In this document: one piece after another, positions 19,901 to 21,640 of the stretch | Layout of the letters: every line of letters begins with the position of its first letter | Numbering within the stretch: position 1 is the first letter of the stretch | Source: Parvularia atlantis | Lineage: Eukaryota | Reading direction: 5' to 3' | Assembly: GCA_943704415.1 (NCBI GenBank) | Contig: CALSCO010000090.1 | Coordinates: forward strand, 62,001-83,640 | Length of the DNA: 21,640 nt | Made by a program: the position numbers and the translations under genes | The notes under the pieces: model-generated | Told to the model about the DNA's origin: nothing | What the model saw: the letters and a program-made list of their open reading frames with translations, nothing else | Database searches by the model: none

Positions 19901-21187
19901 CAGCCACATGCGCTCTTGTACACGACGTGCCAGATCTGCGTCCTTCTCGCGGATGTAATCTAGCCACTTCTCCGGGTTTCGAAACTTCGCCAAGTCATCA
20001 ACAGATGTCTCCACGTCGCTTTGCAGTGCACTCTGTGCAGCCTGCATGGACGGAAGCAGATGCGCTGCTGAGGGCCCTTTGCGATTCTTGAGCCTGGACG
20101 CTGCGGCCCCCGTGCGCCTCTCCAACTCTTTCAGCACATACGCTTCAGCCTCAGCCGTACCGGCAAACTCCACTTGCGGATGCTCAGGGAATGGACAGCG
20201 TTCATCCTTAAAGGTAGCAATAGCTTCATCCAGCGTCAACCGTGACTGAGCATCAGAGACGTTGTGCACCAAGACGTCGTCGCCGTCCAGCGACAATCGG
20301 ACGCGTGCGTGCTTGTTCGGCACATGGTATGCCTCCGCGGTCTTGGCAGCAACGTCCCACAGCAAAAACCCATGCCCAAGAATGGGCTCACCGTAGCTCT
20401 GCTGCACCAGCGAGCCTGGATAGCCCCAGTTACCCTGAATTTGCTGACAGTGATTATCTCCCAATAGGACGATATCGTAGCCTTGGAAACTCTCCAGGGC
20501 GTACGTAGTCCTCTGCATGGCCATCGGCAGCGACCGATGGCCATGCAGGCGGCTGTGCCACACTGTACCATGGAAGAGAGCCACGGCAGCATCGACACCA
20601 TCATGGCTGCGCAGTTCGTCTGCGTCCGGAAAGACAGGCTGCTGCGCCACAACCGCGCGTGTATCCATAGAGCGCAAAGTGTCTCGAATAGGCACACTAG
20701 CAAAGTGGAGGTTACCAGCTCTCATTGGCGTGCTGGATGCCAGGTAGATGCATGCATGTCCGCTTGGCGTCCAGTGCTCCAAATGAACTTCCGGAAGGTC
20801 GGGCATGTTGGGATCCTCCTGCCGGAAGTCGTGGTTGCCTGGAATGATGATCGTCGGAGCCGTGCGAGCCAGACTTTCCATGAATTTCGTCCAAAGGCGA
20901 ACAGTGATGGACTCGACGCGGCTTTTGTTATGAAATATGTCACCGCAAACGGCGATGATGGCAGAACCTGATTGCACGCATGGCAGAGAAGCCAGCATGC
21001 CCTCCAGCTGATCGAAAACTTCTCGATACTCGTCGAAACGACTTGCGGCCACATCACCAGCGCGCAGGTGTACGTCAGCAAGATGGATGATGTGGGTGAA
21101 GCGGCGATGCTGCATGTCAGCCTGAAACTGCTCGGCTGCGGCTGCGAGCGTGTCTTGGAGACCGGTCGCACCATCCATCAGCACCAT
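16931..21187 (-). CDS. Mre11/SbcD nuclease - Rad50/SbcC ABC-ATPase fusion protein (Mimivirus R555-like architecture), 1418 aa uninterrupted ORF
   Basis: Metallophosphoesterase motifs IHLADVHL, GDIFH, IPGNHD, LFHG, LGDNH and YPGSLVQQSYGE. Then Walker A GPNASGKSS (about 19592-19618), Q-loop TMMAQ, long coiled coil, signature ASGYQ, Walker B/D-loop LFIDEGFTACD and H-loop VSH. No internal introns; lower GC than neighbouring genes. Confidence 0.92.
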   Translation of the reverse strand: MVLMDGATGLQDTLAAAAEQFQADMQHRRFTHIIHLADVHLRAGDVAASRFDEYREVFDQLEGMLASLPCVQSGSAIIAVCGDIFHNKSRVESITVRLWTKFMESLARTAPTIIIPGNHDFRQEDPNMPDLPEVHLEHWTPSGHACIYLASSTPMRAGNLHFASVPIRDTLRSMDTRAVVAQQPVFPDADELRSHDGVDAAVALFHGTVWHSRLHGHRSLPMAMQRTTYALESFQGYDIVLLGDNHCQQIQGNWGYPGSLVQQSYGEPILGHGFLLWDVAAKTAEAYHVPNKHARVRLSLDGDDVLVHNVSDAQSRLTLDEAIATFKDERCPFPEHPQVEFAGTAEAEAYVLKELERRTGAAASRLKNRKGPSAAHLLPSMQAAQSALQSDVETSVDDLAKFRNPEKWLDYIREKDADLARRVQERMWLHLDPDADVSTHSLLPNNMDASRVPELSQVLTGVKNNQSAGAVSKAAAELQATLQDSSRRHAVQLTKLAWAWLFGYGDQNHFDFTTLENQVGIVNGPNASGKSSFLDAICLALFGETGSNRTSGSKGAAQGAADYVNNRCPQGRFAWTTITFAIDSRHYELSRKFMRTGGQSQAQSVTTDAELWLLRGGNDVERVSSGAAVKKWVTEHIGSIKGMLRTTMMAQVDRDNFFSADIKEQIELIDEAVDLRKLTAYSELLHAANNAYERLCNEAKKVMDDKLGAYQRAFPDIRLPSSADTARDIITAFQDESVASAGTDMDTQRVLPSTVNEADRDEERRAELQGKLLQTQRQLMEQNMSIARLENAAHEFAQPQYSVHLLNDSLRRAEEAKAKCLLDMQGIFAESDGLKELIMAQSRAEVELQNLADFASMFPDESDAQLQARMQEKLREEREAEALSVIARAAAPVHSSAPDPLSLLSFINERCADLQVNQLNAVTDVADRLESVRQRRVAAERARRNDPAQHWHSAQVHESDELLVLEEGAQWKPYAGMNATSGTASAHLRLDVKHEPPFSTGDDSDLHALLKLEGQLELLQWAVQRAAEEPTGGVETSLALSTEAHTKESETISKVLKARSLSARKKSIVVLISCSSALRKTRAALELHSQRFSQARLQEELSQLQQQVHAWNNDSARIKRMQEKELLACADIYKKWTQARDDCRALYQLFGVKTMQKHRGAAKEAKTSDDSFLSWVYQRAVIPLLKQQVNDFLSTVDPSLRMEMEYRETYFHTHVVYKDVQTPFYSASGYQQFIVGLAMRRALAALGRTGTRLSHLFIDEGFTACDRANLLRTGDVLHQLLRTGLYRSIVVVSHLDAVRDEIELPYQATITIDGANAQLLFGVPDPERQVAPRASPAPAPPTQPRRTYTPRPRAQATRSVPVSARTAAVIVPTHWQAAAGSSSPSTSRQLLLPEQAFEVSSSHTNDSVTSPGKRKERE

Positions 21188-21208
21188 GAGGCCTCGCCTG
21201 TTGTAACA

Positions 21209-21261
21209 CTGAGAAAGAAGAAAAAATACAGTTAGGATCGGAAACGCCCCCCGTTTTATAC
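21209..21261 (-). other. Candidate 53-nt spliceosomal intron just upstream of the fusion ORF
   Basis: Minus strand reads GTATAA...CTAAC-TGTATTTTTTCTTCTTTCT-CAG. Removing it joins ATG 21300 (13 codons) in frame to the ORF. The acceptor is strong; the donor is atypical for this host. Confidence 0.45.
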
Positions 21262-21288
21262 TGCGGAGTGGGCGGATTCGCCTTGCTC

Positions 21289-21308
21289 TTTTCCGGTCAT
21301 CCGGAAAA
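21289..21308. repeat. Perfect 8-bp inverted repeat TTTTCCGG-tcat-CCGGAAAA
   Basis: Seen directly in the intergenic region between the kinase stop and the fusion gene; function unknown. Confidence 0.7.
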
Positions 21309-21417
21309 ATTTTCGTTGATGATGCGGCACGCCCGGAAGTTACTAGGCTTCATTTGTGCTTTGACACGCCTCATTTCTCTTCGCCGCTGCTGCCTGCCTC
21401 TTCCCGCCCGCCCCCGC

Positions 21418-21512
21418 TCAAATGATGTTGCGCCTGGTGAGGTAGTCGTAGCGCTTGTACGTGTACCCGACGAAGGCGAGGTCGCGGTCCATGAGCGCGT
21501 GGTCGGCGATGT
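21418..21512 (-). CDS. Terminal exon of an NDR/Cbk1-family AGC kinase (rest of gene lies beyond the window)
   Basis: Minus strand after GCTCAC branch site and CGCAG acceptor reads (D)IADHALMDRDLAFVGYTYKRYDYLTRRNII*. This matches the NDR hydrophobic motif FxGYTY and the Cbk1-type tail RFDYLTRKN. Not in the supplied ORF track. Confidence 0.85.
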
Positions 21513-21551
21513 CTGCGCCGCGGCGTGAGCGCTGTCCGTGCTGCGCAGGAG

Positions 21552-21555
<4 letters not shown>

Positions 21556-21640
<85 letters not shown>
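21556..21640. repeat. (GA)n microsatellite of at least 42 units running off the window end, inside the kinase intron
   Basis: Seen directly. Confidence 0.95.

Noticed and set aside
16931..21187. Bacterial contamination or a prokaryotic defence operon
   Set aside because: A single gene directly flanked by spliced eukaryotic genes, with no operon partners. A chimeric assembly cannot be excluded without reads.
5723..21187. Functional 'genome maintenance cluster' (RPA1, IWS1, HDAC-like, APC2, Mre11-Rad50)
   Set aside because: Nuclear housekeeping genes are common, and adjacency in a compact genome is not evidence of a cluster without synteny or co-expression data.
16864..21417. Transposon, provirus or giant endogenous viral element boundaries around the fusion gene
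   Set aside because: No transposase, integrase, capsid gene, terminal inverted repeats or target-site duplication found by eye.
21556..21640. Telomere or CRISPR-like array
   Set aside because: Simple (GA)n dinucleotide inside a kinase intron; possibly just where the assembly breaks.

Overview
Gene-dense, very GC-rich eukaryotic DNA with many short (about 50-80 nt) spliceosomal introns (GTGCG/GTACG/GTCCG donors, CTCAC/CTGAC branch sites, (G)CAG acceptors). The gene content suggests a fungus-related (holomycotan) unicell; this is inference. Genes in order: Skn7/Prr1-type HSF-receiver transcription factor (+), IMPACT/Yih1 (-), PDCD2L/Tsr4 (+), RPA1 (-), IWS1/Spn1 (-), an Rpd3/class I HDAC homologue (+), APC2 (-), a 1418-aa uninterrupted Mre11(SbcD)-Rad50(SbcC) fusion ORF (-), and the last exon of an NDR/Cbk1 kinase (-), ending in a (GA)n tract. 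Two things stand out. (1) The HDAC gene is intact and spliceable but has lost two of three Zn ligands and two catalytic residues, so it is a candidate class I pseudo-deacetylase with a long acidic tail, head-to-head with IWS1. (2) The compositionally foreign Mre11-Rad50 fusion resembles the giant-virus type, has no CxxC zinc hook, and shows possible domestication (candidate 5' intron with micro-exon, basic C-terminal tail). All exon models were assembled by hand and are provisional.
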